In this document: positions 8,006 to 17,963 of the stretch, in pieces | Layout of the letters: every line of letters begins with the position of its first letter | How positions within the stretch are numbered: the first letter of the stretch is position 1 | From: Fibrobacter sp. | GTDB lineage: Bacteria > Fibrobacterota > Fibrobacteria > Fibrobacterales > Fibrobacteraceae | Length of the DNA stretch: 39,805 bases | Reading direction: 5' to 3' | NCBI GenBank assembly: GCA_012841225.1 | Contig: DUVD01000059.1 | Span: 1-39,805 of the forward strand | Translations under genes and position numbers: made by a program | The notes under the pieces: generated by a model | What the model was told of the DNA's origin: nothing | What the model saw: the letters and a program-made list of their open reading frames with translations, nothing else | Databases searched by the model: none

Positions 8006-9439
8006 TTAAAAAATTTCTGACCGTTTATTCACTTGGCGCAAAATAGTCGGTTCATAATAATTGATTGAGTCATTTTTCAAAGGTATATCATCAACTTCTG
8101 CAGTTCGAATCGATTCTGTTTTTGAAAAATGTTCTTCTTCTAATTCGTCAAAACCAAATCCGCTTTGCTCTTCTTCTTCCACATTAAAGTTCCTAACATC
8201 TAGGTCACTTTCGCAAAAAGAATTAAAGCTGAATTGATCATCTAAAGTTCTCTTATCAACGATTGGCGTTTCTTTGATTAACTCTTCTTGAATTGGCGCT
8301 TTGGCCATTGCAGAAAAGTTTGCTGTTGGACGCGGAATCGATTGCTCTACTGTATGACCGTTATTACTGTTGACCTTCGGCATTACTATTGTCGCTGCTG
8401 CTGGGTTTGACGCTAAAGGTGCTTTTTCTGAAGGAGTAAAACCAAAACCAGTAGCTATTACTGTTATGCTTACTTTGTCTTCTAATTCGGGAATAGTGAT
8501 ATCACCGAAAATGATGGAGGGGTCATTAGTTTCGCCGACAGAATTGTAGATGTATTCCATGGCGACAGAACATTCCTGCATGGTGAAGTTTTCACCATGA
8601 GAAATATTAACCAAAACGCCAGAAGCACCCGAGATACTGACATCATCGAGAAGAGGACAGTTAATGGCATTTTCGGCAGCGCGTAAAGCGCGATCTTCAC
8701 CTTCGGCTATGCCTGTTCCCATTAAGGCGTCTCCACCATTTTCCATCACAGAGCGAACGTCATTAAAGTCCACGTGAATATTACCATGATGAAGCATGAT
8801 ATCACAGACACCGCGAACAGCGTTGCCCAAGACCTCGTCTACGATGCCAAAGGCTTGTTCTGTAGTTGTCGTTTTATCGATTACTTCCATTAATTTTTGG
8901 TTGTTAATCACGATAATTGTATCGACAGCGCCACGCAAAGCAGAAATACCGTTTACAGCATTACGAGCGCGCACAGGACCCTCAAATCTAAATGGAAGGG
9001 AAACCACAGCCACAGTTAAAATACCGAGGCTTTTAGCGATTTCCGCAACCACAGAAGAAGCGCCTGTACCAGTGCCACCACCCATGCCCGCTGCAATAAA
9101 GACTAGATCAGAACCCTTTAATGCTTCTGCAACGGCTTCTTTGTCTTCCATAATGGCCTTGCGGCCTATTTCGGGGCGAGCGCCTGCTCCTAAAGACTTG
9201 GTGATTTTTTGGCCGATCGTGATTTTTTCACCAGCGAGGCTGTGATCGAGCGCTAGTGCATCGGTGTTAATCGATACAAAATCAACTCCGGCAATGTTCA
9301 TTTTGATCATGCGATTGACAGCATTGCCGCCCGCACCACCAACACCGACGACTTTGATTTTAGCGTTATTGCTAAGGCTTTCGCCTGCAAGAATGCGAGG
9401 ACCGCTTTCTATGTTTATGTAGTTGTTGTTTTCACTCAT
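8006..9439 (-). CDS. ftsZ: Cell division GTPase FtsZ
   Basis: GGGTGTG tubulin signature and a full FtsZ core. SD GGGAGA lies upstream of the ATG at 9439. The tail beyond the core is about 145 aa and ends in a YYEPTILRQ-type C-terminal peptide. Confidence 0.97.
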   Translation of the reverse strand: MSENNNYINIESGPRILAGESLSNNAKIKVVGVGGAGGNAVNRMIKMNIAGVDFVSINTDALALDHSLAGEKITIGQKITKSLGAGARPEIGRKAIMEDKEAVAEALKGSDLVFIAAGMGGGTGTGASSVVAEIAKSLGILTVAVVSLPFRFEGPVRARNAVNGISALRGAVDTIIVINNQKLMEVIDKTTTTEQAFGIVDEVLGNAVRGVCDIMLHHGNIHVDFNDVRSVMENGGDALMGTGIAEGEDRALRAAENAINCPLLDDVSISGASGVLVNISHGENFTMQECSVAMEYIYNSVGETNDPSIIFGDITIPELEDKVSITVIATGFGFTPSEKAPLASNPAAATIVMPKVNSNNGHTVEQSIPRPTANFSAMAKAPIQEELIKETPIVDKRTLDDQFSFNSFCESDLDVRNFNVEEEEQSGFGFDELEEEHFSKTESIRTAEVDDIPLKNDSINYYEPTILRQVNKRSEIF

Positions 9440-9458
9440 TTTGTTCTCCCTATTGAGT

Positions 9459-10718
9459 TTAGATGTAATTTTTTAAAGTTTGAATAAATCGATGGATCCC
9501 TGTTTTTAGAGAACCAACAATAACTTGAGGACCAGTTTCTCTTTTATTTTTTTGTTTGGTTTTGGCTGCGTAATGAAGCAAACCGACGCCAACAGAAAAA
9601 GAGGGTTTAGACAAGGATTCTCCAAGTCCAATACATTGTTTGGGCTGACCCAAACGAACTGGTTTTTTGAATATTTCTTCTGCTAATTCAACAATGCCTT
9701 CAATGGCGCTTGTACCACCTGTTAAGACAATGCCGGCACCAATAATCTTGTCTAGTTGACGTTTCCGTAAGTTTTCTGCAATCAGCATTAGTATTTCACT
9801 GGTGCGAGCATGCATCACTTTAGCTAGGCGCTTGCGAGAGCATGGAACAACGCCGCGATCACCTATGCCTGGGACGCCAATGATTTCGTCTTCCAAAATA
9901 TTAGAGAGCGATACGATGCCATGTTTTTTCTTCATTTCTTCGGCACGCGCAATGGAAATAGGCGTGTCAAAACTTTTGGCTATGTCGCTTGTAATGATGT
10001 TTCCCGCTAAATCAAGAGAAACCGAATAACGAACTGTATCTTCAAAAAAGACGGCTAAATCGGCTGAGCCTGCACCTATGTCAATAATGGCAACGCCTAA
10101 TTCTCGTTCTTCATCGTGGAGTATTGCATAAGCTGATGCAAGGGGCTCTAAAACCATTGCGGCTATTTCAAAGCCCGCCTTTTCTACACTTTTCCTGACG
10201 TTCTGAAGGTGTAGTGGCTTAGCGGCTACAATTTGAACCTCTGCATCTAAGCGAACGCCACTCATGCCAATAGGATTTTTAATGCCCTTTTGTTCGTCTA
10301 AAGAATAATCGCCAGGAAAAATATGAAGAATTTCACCTGCCGTTGATGGCAGTGTACTCGCGTGCTTGATCACTGCTGCAATATGAGAATCGCGAACTTC
10401 ATTTCTAGAGGGATCAAGGGTAACACCGCCTTTAGACTTAAAGCAAGTGATGTAATCTCCAGCAACACCGACATAAACTTCTTTTACGTCAATTCCCGTC
10501 ATAGTTTCCGCTTCTTTAACGGCCTTCCCTAAAGACTGAATTAAAGTGTCTAAATCGGTTATAGCATTCTTTTTGAGTTCATGCACTCCAAAACCCAAGA
10601 CTCGAACTTGGTTCTGATTCTCCAGCGCGCCAATAAAAACGGCTATTTTTGAGCTACCGATGTCGAGTCCGACAACAATATTTTCTTTATTCATTAAAGC
10701 TTTCTTTTTATCATCCAT
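9459..10718 (-). CDS. ftsA: Cell division protein FtsA (actin-like ATPase)
   Basis: VVGLDIGSSKIAV phosphate-1 motif, plus dcw position. The track start at 10736 is possible. The ATG at 10718 has the best SD (AAGAGG, about 7-nt spacer) and overlaps the ftsQ stop by 8 nt. The ATG at 10694 is another option. Confidence 0.93.
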   Translation of the reverse strand: MDDKKKALMNKENIVVGLDIGSSKIAVFIGALENQNQVRVLGFGVHELKKNAITDLDTLIQSLGKAVKEAETMTGIDVKEVYVGVAGDYITCFKSKGGVTLDPSRNEVRDSHIAAVIKHASTLPSTAGEILHIFPGDYSLDEQKGIKNPIGMSGVRLDAEVQIVAAKPLHLQNVRKSVEKAGFEIAAMVLEPLASAYAILHDEERELGVAIIDIGAGSADLAVFFEDTVRYSVSLDLAGNIITSDIAKSFDTPISIARAEEMKKKHGIVSLSNILEDEIIGVPGIGDRGVVPCSRKRLAKVMHARTSEILMLIAENLRKRQLDKIIGAGIVLTGGTSAIEGIVELAEEIFKKPVRLGQPKQCIGLGESLSKPSFSVGVGLLHYAAKTKQKNKRETGPQVIVGSLKTGIHRFIQTLKNYI

Positions 10719-11553
10719 CACCATACCTCTTTTCATAAGGTTTTATATATGCAAAGCCATTAAAACGCATGTCAACAATGACCGCTCCCTTTAAAGAGGG
10801 CGACAAGCCACGCACTAATTGCCTATATTGATCAAACTGTTTTTCGTTCCAATTTTCTAATGAAAATAGGGTTTTAAATTCAACATCTTTGAAGAAAACT
10901 TCTATCGCTCTTTCTTTAGTGTCGATGGACACTTGAGATACCTTGCGATAAAGAAACTCATTTTTTAATTTCATAGTACTTAAAAACTGTCCAATTTTTT
11001 GTAAGTCTTCCATTTCTGTAAAATCGACAACTGGTAATTGGTAAGCAGAAGAAATGGCGGTCGGCAAAATCATGCCCCGTTCTGAATAGACTTTCCAATT
11101 ATTTTTTTCAAACCCTACCATTAAAGCAGTGGCTTCTTGTAAAGAAATCTCTAAACCTGAAGGAAAGGTAGTGCGAACTTCTGCAGAGTAAACTAAAGGT
11201 AGGGCCAACAAGTGTTTTTTTACAGAGTCCACATTGACATTCGACATCGACATGCCTATTTCAACGCAAGACGCTTGTATTAGCTCTTCCCAAGTGAGCA
11301 TTCTGTTTCCACTAATTTGAATTGTTTTTAAGGAGCGCCATTCTTTAGGATTGAGCTCTTTAAAGTAATAACGACCTTGCCAGAAACCGACACCCAATAG
11401 CATAACAATCAAAAAGACAACCCAGCCTTTTCGACCAAACCATTTAAAACTGACGCCAACACCATTTTTAATTTTTTCTTGGCGACGTTCTTTTCGCAAG
11501 ACTTCGTTATAACCTAAACGACGCTTGCTGAATATGGTTCTATCAGGTTTCAA
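10711..11553 (-). CDS. ftsQ: Cell division protein FtsQ/DivIB (single TM plus POTRA)
   Basis: TTG start preceded by GGAGG, with a TTGA overlap with the murC stop. The order is basic N-terminus, TM segment WVVFLIVMLLGVGFW, then a POTRA-like LKTIQISGNRMLTWEEL. Position is between murC and ftsA. Confidence 0.8.
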   Translation of the reverse strand: MKPDRTIFSKRRLGYNEVLRKERRQEKIKNGVGVSFKWFGRKGWVVFLIVMLLGVGFWQGRYYFKELNPKEWRSLKTIQISGNRMLTWEELIQASCVEIGMSMSNVNVDSVKKHLLALPLVYSAEVRTTFPSGLEISLQEATALMVGFEKNNWKVYSERGMILPTAISSAYQLPVVDFTEMEDLQKIGQFLSTMKLKNEFLYRKVSQVSIDTKERAIEVFFKDVEFKTLFSLENWNEKQFDQYRQLVRGLSPSLKGAVIVDMRFNGFAYIKPYEKRYGDG

Positions 11554-12932
11554 ACTTTATCCTCCAATAACTCTTTTCCTAATTGCCAAATGTTACCGGC
11601 GCCCATAAAGACGACTATGTCATTTTCTTTTAATTCTTCTTTGAGCGCAGGCAGTATGTATTCTTTGGCTCCCACAAAACGAGCGTCTAAATGCCCACGA
11701 TCCAATGCACTCTGCACTACTAAATTGCCACTAACGCCTTCGATTGGCTTTTCACGCGCAGGGTAAATATCGCTGCAAAATAAGACGTCGCAATTACCAA
11801 ACGCCGTTCCAAAGGCTTCGTGATGATCTTTAGTTCGTGAAAAAAGATGTGGTTGAAAAACAACTACTAAGCGACGATCCGGAAACGCTTCTCTAAAGCC
11901 TTGAAGGGTTGCCGTTACTTCTGTTGGGTGATGTGCGTAATCGTTAAAAACATAAACTCCATTTCGATCTCCCATAAACTCGAAGCGTCGCTTGACACCT
12001 TCAAAAGAAGCGATGGCACTCTGAATCACGTCTAAAGAAATTTGTTCTTCTACAGCAAGGGCAATGGCTGCGGTAGCATTTAAAACATTATGTCGTCCTG
12101 GAATCTGTAATTTAAAATCGCACAAAAGCTTTCCATTTTTATGAATTTCAAAAACAGGCGAACCGTTATTAAAGCTTAAGTTTTCTATGCGGTACATAGC
12201 CTGGCGGCTAAATCCATAAGTCACAAGAGGCTTTGTCAATCGAGATAAAACGGATTGAACATTAAGATCATCTAAGCATACTACGACTTGCCCGTAAAAA
12301 GGGACCTTATTGGCAAATTCTACAAAAGCGCTTTTAATTTCATCTAGATTTTTATAAGTGTCTAAATGATCCTCGTCGATGTTTGTTATAATTGCAGAGC
12401 TCGGCATCATTGAAAGAAAGCTGCGGTCAAACTCATCGCTTTCGGCAATTAAATAAGAACCTCGACCGACTTTAGCGCCACTTCCCTTACCCTTAACTAC
12501 TCCCCCAACAATCACAGTTGGGTCTAAATCTGCTTTTTCCCAAATTGCACCCACCATAGACGTAGTTGTTGTTTTGCCGTGTGTTCCAGCAATGGCTAAG
12601 GTGTACTTTAATCTCATCAACTCACCGAGCATTTCAGCGCGACGAATAATGGGAATACGGCGTTGTTTGGCTTCGACAATTTCTGGGTTATCCTGCTGAA
12701 CTGCAGAAGAATAAATTAATAAATCAGCATCTATTACGTTTTCGGGGCTATGAACTGGATCTATATGGATACCTAGTTTTTTGAGGTATTGAATAGCTTC
12801 TCCATCACCAGTATCCGAACCTGTCACAATAAAACCGTTTTCATGCAATACTTCGGCTATGCCAGACATGCCAGCGCCACCGATGCCCACAAAATAAAGG
12901 CGTTGTATGCGTTTTCGATTTATAAACTTCAT
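11550..12932 (-). CDS. murC: UDP-N-acetylmuramate--L-alanine ligase
   Basis: FVGIGGAGMSGIAEVL and GTHGKTTTTSM Mur-ligase motifs. The ATG at 12932 forms an ATGA overlap with the murG stop. The track start (GTG at 12941) is 3 codons longer. Confidence 0.95.
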   Translation of the reverse strand: MKFINRKRIQRLYFVGIGGAGMSGIAEVLHENGFIVTGSDTGDGEAIQYLKKLGIHIDPVHSPENVIDADLLIYSSAVQQDNPEIVEAKQRRIPIIRRAEMLGELMRLKYTLAIAGTHGKTTTTSMVGAIWEKADLDPTVIVGGVVKGKGSGAKVGRGSYLIAESDEFDRSFLSMMPSSAIITNIDEDHLDTYKNLDEIKSAFVEFANKVPFYGQVVVCLDDLNVQSVLSRLTKPLVTYGFSRQAMYRIENLSFNNGSPVFEIHKNGKLLCDFKLQIPGRHNVLNATAAIALAVEEQISLDVIQSAIASFEGVKRRFEFMGDRNGVYVFNDYAHHPTEVTATLQGFREAFPDRRLVVVFQPHLFSRTKDHHEAFGTAFGNCDVLFCSDIYPAREKPIEGVSGNLVVQSALDRGHLDARFVGAKEYILPALKEELKENDIVVFMGAGNIWQLGKELLEDKV

Positions 12933-14008
12933 GACTCGCACTCCGCTTTTAAAATAATGGCTGCAATTTTATCAGCGGCATCAGGTGCCCCCAACTTGGT
13001 AGCAGCTTCGGACATCTCTTCTAATCTTGAAGGGTCACCTAGTAATGCTTCTACTTTATCCCAAAGTTGGTTGGGATCTGAATCCAGCTCCACTAGACAT
13101 GCACCTGCTTTTTCTACTGCATTTGCATTATGCTCTTGATGGTTTGCCGTGGCGTGAGGGTAAGGAAGTAAAATAGAAGGCTTTCCAAAAGCTAGGATTT
13201 CAGCTAATGTAGAAGCGCCTGCTCGGCTAATGATTAAGTCAGCGTGAGCCATATATGAATAAATATTATCCAGAAAAGAACAGATAATGACATTGGGCAA
13301 AATACCAATACGCTTGTGCAAAGCATCGATATTTTTAGCGCCTGCCTGCCAAACGACATTAACATCGTCTCTAGCAGTGATGCGACCAATTGCCTCTTCT
13401 ATTTTATTATTAATTCCTACAGCTCCCTGAGACCCGCCAACAATAAAAACTGCTTTTTTATCTTTAGCAAACTCAGGAGGACGTGAAAGACTGCTTTTTG
13501 GAGGTAATTCGCGGACGGGATTACCAACCACTTTAACATTAGGGTGTTGAAATGCTTTTAGAGCCTCTTCAGAGGTCACAAAAATCATAGAAGCGTAATG
13601 CGCTCCGTATTTATTTGCAACACCGGCAATGGCGTTCTGCTCTTGGATGTATACAGGCTTGCCTAAGCGGCCTGCGGCTAAAACGATAGGGAAAGAAACA
13701 TAGCCTCCTGTGGCCACAACAACGTCGGGGTTTATTTTTTCAACAACTCTTTTTGCGTTGATGTAAGACTTACTTAGCTTAAATGGCAATGCCAAATTTC
13801 GAACAAAACTACCGCGGCGCAAAGGCTCTGCTGTGATTTCGTGAAAAGGCCAATGAGGAGAAACTAAACGCTCTTCCATTGAATTTGGGCGTCCTGCAAA
13901 ATGGATTTCGGTGACACCCATTTTCTTTAAGCTTTCTGCAATGGCAAGAGCTGGAAAAACATGCCCACCTGTACCGCCACATACAAATAAAAATCGTTTT
14001 TGCTTCAT
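12929..14008 (-). CDS. murG: UDP-GlcNAc:lipid I N-acetylglucosaminyltransferase
   Basis: GGTGGHVFPALAIAE N-terminal motif, 359 aa, ATGA overlap with the ftsW stop. Confidence 0.95.
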   Translation of the reverse strand: MKQKRFLFVCGGTGGHVFPALAIAESLKKMGVTEIHFAGRPNSMEERLVSPHWPFHEITAEPLRRGSFVRNLALPFKLSKSYINAKRVVEKINPDVVVATGGYVSFPIVLAAGRLGKPVYIQEQNAIAGVANKYGAHYASMIFVTSEEALKAFQHPNVKVVGNPVRELPPKSSLSRPPEFAKDKKAVFIVGGSQGAVGINNKIEEAIGRITARDDVNVVWQAGAKNIDALHKRIGILPNVIICSFLDNIYSYMAHADLIISRAGASTLAEILAFGKPSILLPYPHATANHQEHNANAVEKAGACLVELDSDPNQLWDKVEALLGDPSRLEEMSEAATKLGAPDAADKIAAIILKAECES

Positions 14009-15150
14009 GTATACCTCATAGAATAAGATGTGGAGTTTATCTGAACCTCGTGTATTTGCTTACCCGTGTTTGGTTTAGATATATTCAAAAGAATCCCAAC
14101 CGAAACGAGAGCAATGATTAAGCTAGTGCCACCAAAGCTGATGAATGGCAAAGGCTGCCCTGTTGTTGGTATTAATCCAGTACAAACGCATACATGAATC
14201 ATCATGTTTATGCAAATCGAAGAGGTTAAAGCCACCGCGAAATATTTTCCAAAACGCGTCGTAGAAGAGCGGGCTATAAGAAAGCCTCGATAAGCAAATA
14301 TGGCAAATAAAAACAACACGATAAAAGCGCCAATAAAACCGAGTTCTTCCCCTAAAATAGAGAAAGCGGCGTCTTTATAAGATTCTGGGACATAGCCTAA
14401 TTTTTGCGTTCCCTGCCCTATTCCCGTACCCGAAAAGCCTCCGTTACCGAGCGCAATCAAGGAGTGTCTTAATTGATGTGCTACATCGGGGTATTTCTCA
14501 GGGTCTAACCAAGCTTTAATGCGCATGGTGCGATACGCTTGTGTATAAGCAACAATCACCAAAACCGGAGAAAAGACAAAAACTTTCATAATGTGCTTTA
14601 GTGGCACACCCGATACATAAATCAAAACAATAGAGGTGGCTAAAATCATTATCATCATCGAGTAATTAGGCTGAAAAAATAATGCGATACTTACCATGCC
14701 AACTAAAACCATAGGGCGCATAAAGCCCACTTTAAAGTTTTTAATATCGTTTCCAGCTTCTACCAATTTAACCGACAATAAAGAAAAAATACCTAGCTTC
14801 ATAAATTCGGAAGGCTGTAGTTTAATAGGTCCAAAACTCAGCCAACGAGCGGCCCCTTTTACAGCCTCTCCCTGAAAAAAAACAGCCAGCATAGCGAGCA
14901 TGCAAAAAAAGAAGAGAGGACGAGCTAGCTTATACCAAAAAGAATAGTCTATCATCATAACTACGACCATGGCAAACAAACCAATCAACACTTTTTTTAT
15001 GTGAGAGATGGCAAAATATTCTGCAGGTAATCCCTTTTGCATAGCAATAGGAGAAGTACCAGTATAAACAATTACTATACCAACAACAAGAAGCAGAATC
15101 ACGGCGAGCAGCAATCCTTTATCAAACTTCATGTTTAATGTTTTTTCCAT
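14005..15150 (-). CDS. ftsW: SEDS-family peptidoglycan polymerase / cell division protein FtsW
   Basis: About 10 hydrophobic segments and SEDS-like motifs (LQPSEFMKL, GQPLPFISFGGTS). Position is in the dcw cluster. Confidence 0.9.
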   Translation of the reverse strand: MEKTLNMKFDKGLLLAVILLLVVGIVIVYTGTSPIAMQKGLPAEYFAISHIKKVLIGLFAMVVVMMIDYSFWYKLARPLFFFCMLAMLAVFFQGEAVKGAARWLSFGPIKLQPSEFMKLGIFSLLSVKLVEAGNDIKNFKVGFMRPMVLVGMVSIALFFQPNYSMMIMILATSIVLIYVSGVPLKHIMKVFVFSPVLVIVAYTQAYRTMRIKAWLDPEKYPDVAHQLRHSLIALGNGGFSGTGIGQGTQKLGYVPESYKDAAFSILGEELGFIGAFIVLFLFAIFAYRGFLIARSSTTRFGKYFAVALTSSICINMMIHVCVCTGLIPTTGQPLPFISFGGTSLIIALVSVGILLNISKPNTGKQIHEVQINSTSYSMRYT

Positions 15151-15152
15151 TA

Positions 15153-16550
15153 TTATACCCCGTACACCGGCTCCAAACGCAAAAGCATTTCCACAATTTG
15201 TTCCATCTTCATGCCACGAGAACCTTTAATTAAAAGAATGTCGTTTTGACGGACTTCCTCAGAAAGAAACTCCATCGCTTCGGCTGCTGTTTCAAAATAA
15301 AGTGCGTTTTGAGAAGTAAAACCTCCGCTAATTGCTCCTAATTGATACTCTTTAGCCTGTTTGCCAACTGCAATTAGGTAATCAAAATTCATTTCTGGGA
15401 CCATTCGTCCAATTTGATTATGGAGCTTAAGACTTTCAGCGCCTAGTTCAAGCATATCGCCAAGAACGGCAAACCGACGCCCTTCACGAGCTGAGATATT
15501 GCCTATCGTCTCTAAAGCCATGCGAGTCGATGAGGGATTTGCATTATAACAATCAGCAACCACACGAAATCCATTTGCTTTATGAATTTCCATGCGCATA
15601 CTAGAAGCATTAAAAGACGAGAGGGCTTTAGCTATTTCCGATTTTGGAATGCGAAGCGATACACCTACAGCAATAGCGGCAAGAGCATTATAAAGATTGT
15701 GAATACCCGCTACATTAAGCTCAAAATGGGTGCGTCCAATATCAAAAGAAGCACATGCATTTTCATTCCACTTTAAACGAGTCGGTTTAATAATACCGCG
15801 CCGTAAACCAAAAGTGAGAACCTTATAACTTTTTGTGGCGCGCACTTTAGATAAAAAGGGATCATCAGCATTAATGACTAGTAGGCCATTTTTAGTTAAT
15901 CCCGAAACAATACTTAATTTTTCTTTAAAAACATTTTCTAAAGAGCCAAGCCCTTCTAAATGACTGGCGCCAATGTTTGTAATCACAGCGATATTTGGTT
16001 CTGCTGCTAAAGAAAGTGGTTTGATTTCGTTAGGGCCACTGGTCCCCATTTCTATAATAGCGGCTTCATGACTGTGCTTTAATTGAAATAGCGTCATGGG
16101 AACACCGATATGATTATTGTAATTGCCATGAGTCGCGTGTGTTTTAAAGCGACGAGAAAGAACAGAGCGAAGCATTTCTTTTGTTGTCGTTTTTCCGTTG
16201 CTACCAGTAACGGCAACTTTTTTCAAACGAAATAAACGTTGGTAGCCTTTAGCTAATTTAAGTAGAGCCTCAGAGGTGTCTTTTACTGGCGCATAGGCTT
16301 TAAAAGATTTTAATCCTGCTTGGTCTTCATTTATAACACTCATAAGTGCTCCTTTCCCTTCTACTTGGGCAATAAAATCATGGGCATCAAACCGATCCCC
16401 TTTAATAGGCCAGAATACGCAACCTTTGCTTGCTTCACGAGAGTCCAAACAGAGCTGCACTTTTCTTCGCTTTTCATTTGCCTTCAACCCGACTGGCACT
16501 GTTTCCAAAATCTCGCACATTTCTGCCACTGTTAAATTCAACTTCATCAT
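15153..16550 (-). CDS. murF: UDP-MurNAc-tripeptide--D-alanyl-D-alanine ligase
   Basis: VTGSNGKTTTKEM P-loop and Mur-ligase layout. ATGA overlap with the murE stop. Confidence 0.9.
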   Translation of the reverse strand: MMKLNLTVAEMCEILETVPVGLKANEKRRKVQLCLDSREASKGCVFWPIKGDRFDAHDFIAQVEGKGALMSVINEDQAGLKSFKAYAPVKDTSEALLKLAKGYQRLFRLKKVAVTGSNGKTTTKEMLRSVLSRRFKTHATHGNYNNHIGVPMTLFQLKHSHEAAIIEMGTSGPNEIKPLSLAAEPNIAVITNIGASHLEGLGSLENVFKEKLSIVSGLTKNGLLVINADDPFLSKVRATKSYKVLTFGLRRGIIKPTRLKWNENACASFDIGRTHFELNVAGIHNLYNALAAIAVGVSLRIPKSEIAKALSSFNASSMRMEIHKANGFRVVADCYNANPSSTRMALETIGNISAREGRRFAVLGDMLELGAESLKLHNQIGRMVPEMNFDYLIAVGKQAKEYQLGAISGGFTSQNALYFETAAEAMEFLSEEVRQNDILLIKGSRGMKMEQIVEMLLRLEPVYGV

Positions 16551-17962
16551 AATGACATCGCCTTTTGCACTTCTTCGCTATCATCAAAGTGATGTTTTTT
16601 TGTCCCTATTATTTGATAGGTTTCATGCCCTTTACCGGCTATGACTAACCAATCATTTTCACGCATGGAGGAACAAGCTATTGCAATAGCTTCTGCGCGA
16701 TTTTCCATAAGAAAAGCGTTCTCTTTTTTATCAATACCAGCCATAATGTCTTTGATTATTTCACTCGCTACTTCCGTTCTTGGATTATCAGAAGTGACCC
16801 AAACCACATCCGCATGCGTTGCAGCAATAGCGCCCATAAGGGGTCTTTTGGTTTTATCACGATCACCGCCACAACCAAAAAGAACGGCTAGCTGCCCTTT
16901 ACAAAGTTCACGTGCAGTGGTTAAAACGCGTTCTAGAGCATCGGGAGTATGTGCGTAATCGACTACAACATGCTTTTGATTTTCGTTATAAACTATTTCG
17001 AATCGGCCATGAACTCGAACTGTTTCTAAGGCTATGCGCATGGCGCTTTCTGGAAGACGAAGGGCAAGTGCAAAACCCAAAACAAGAAGCACATTATCAA
17101 TATTAAACTCGCCACACAAATTGGTGGTGAATGGTTCATCTGAAATAGTCGATACTTTAATCGACATGCCTTTTTCGGTATTGATTACTTCTTCTGTGGG
17201 ATAAATATCGGCGCCTTGTCTTTTTAATCTAGACACAGCCACTTTCTTGCCATTTAAGGAATTAAAAAGACTTTCTCCATATTGATCATCGATGTTAATC
17301 ACAGAAAAGCTGTCTTTAGCAAGGTAAGTAGTGAACAATTTCTTTTTTGCTTCAAAATAATTTGACATGGTTTCATGGTAATCCAAATGATCTTGAGTTA
17401 AATTGCTAAACAAAGCGGTTTGAAATAAAATGCCTGCTATTCGATCTTGATGAAGAGCGTGTGAAGAAACTTCCATCACTAAGTCACTGCAGTTCGCATC
17501 TACTGCTTTTTTTGCAAAAGCAAAAAGATCAAGTAACCCAGGAGTAGTTAAAGAAGAAGGTTCTATTTCATTTCCAATTTTATTATGAATGGTGCCGATC
17601 AATGCAGTTTTTCTGCCTCCTGCCGTCAACATAGCTTCCATTAAAAACACACTTGTTGTTTTGCCGTTAGTCCCTGTGACTGCATGCACTTTTATTTTGC
17701 TAAATGGATTTCCATAAAAATAACTTGCTGCTTTTAAGCGAGCTTCTTTAACGTTTTTCACCTGAATCCATTTAGAAGTCATTTCGGCGGGAGCATCTAT
17801 TTCGCTGACAATAGCGACAGCGCCTTTTAAAAAAGCTGTTTTAGCAAAAGACTCATTGTTTTCTACAGGGAAAGAAAAGAATAGATCGCCTGGCTTCACA
17901 CGGCGAGAATCATCGGACAAACCGCATATATTAAGATTACGGAGTAGTGCATCGGATAACAT
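16547..17962 (-). CDS. murE: UDP-MurNAc-L-Ala-D-Glu--2,6-diaminopimelate (or L-Lys) ligase
   Basis: VTGTNGKTTSVFL P-loop and a DNPR motif (TSDNPRTE) near the C-terminus, which is associated with meso-DAP-adding enzymes. Confidence 0.9.
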   Translation of the reverse strand: MLSDALLRNLNICGLSDDSRRVKPGDLFFSFPVENNESFAKTAFLKGAVAIVSEIDAPAEMTSKWIQVKNVKEARLKAASYFYGNPFSKIKVHAVTGTNGKTTSVFLMEAMLTAGGRKTALIGTIHNKIGNEIEPSSLTTPGLLDLFAFAKKAVDANCSDLVMEVSSHALHQDRIAGILFQTALFSNLTQDHLDYHETMSNYFEAKKKLFTTYLAKDSFSVINIDDQYGESLFNSLNGKKVAVSRLKRQGADIYPTEEVINTEKGMSIKVSTISDEPFTTNLCGEFNIDNVLLVLGFALALRLPESAMRIALETVRVHGRFEIVYNENQKHVVVDYAHTPDALERVLTTARELCKGQLAVLFGCGGDRDKTKRPLMGAIAATHADVVWVTSDNPRTEVASEIIKDIMAGIDKKENAFLMENRAEAIAIACSSMRENDWLVIAGKGHETYQIIGTKKHHFDDSEEVQKAMSL

Positions 17963-17963
17963 A

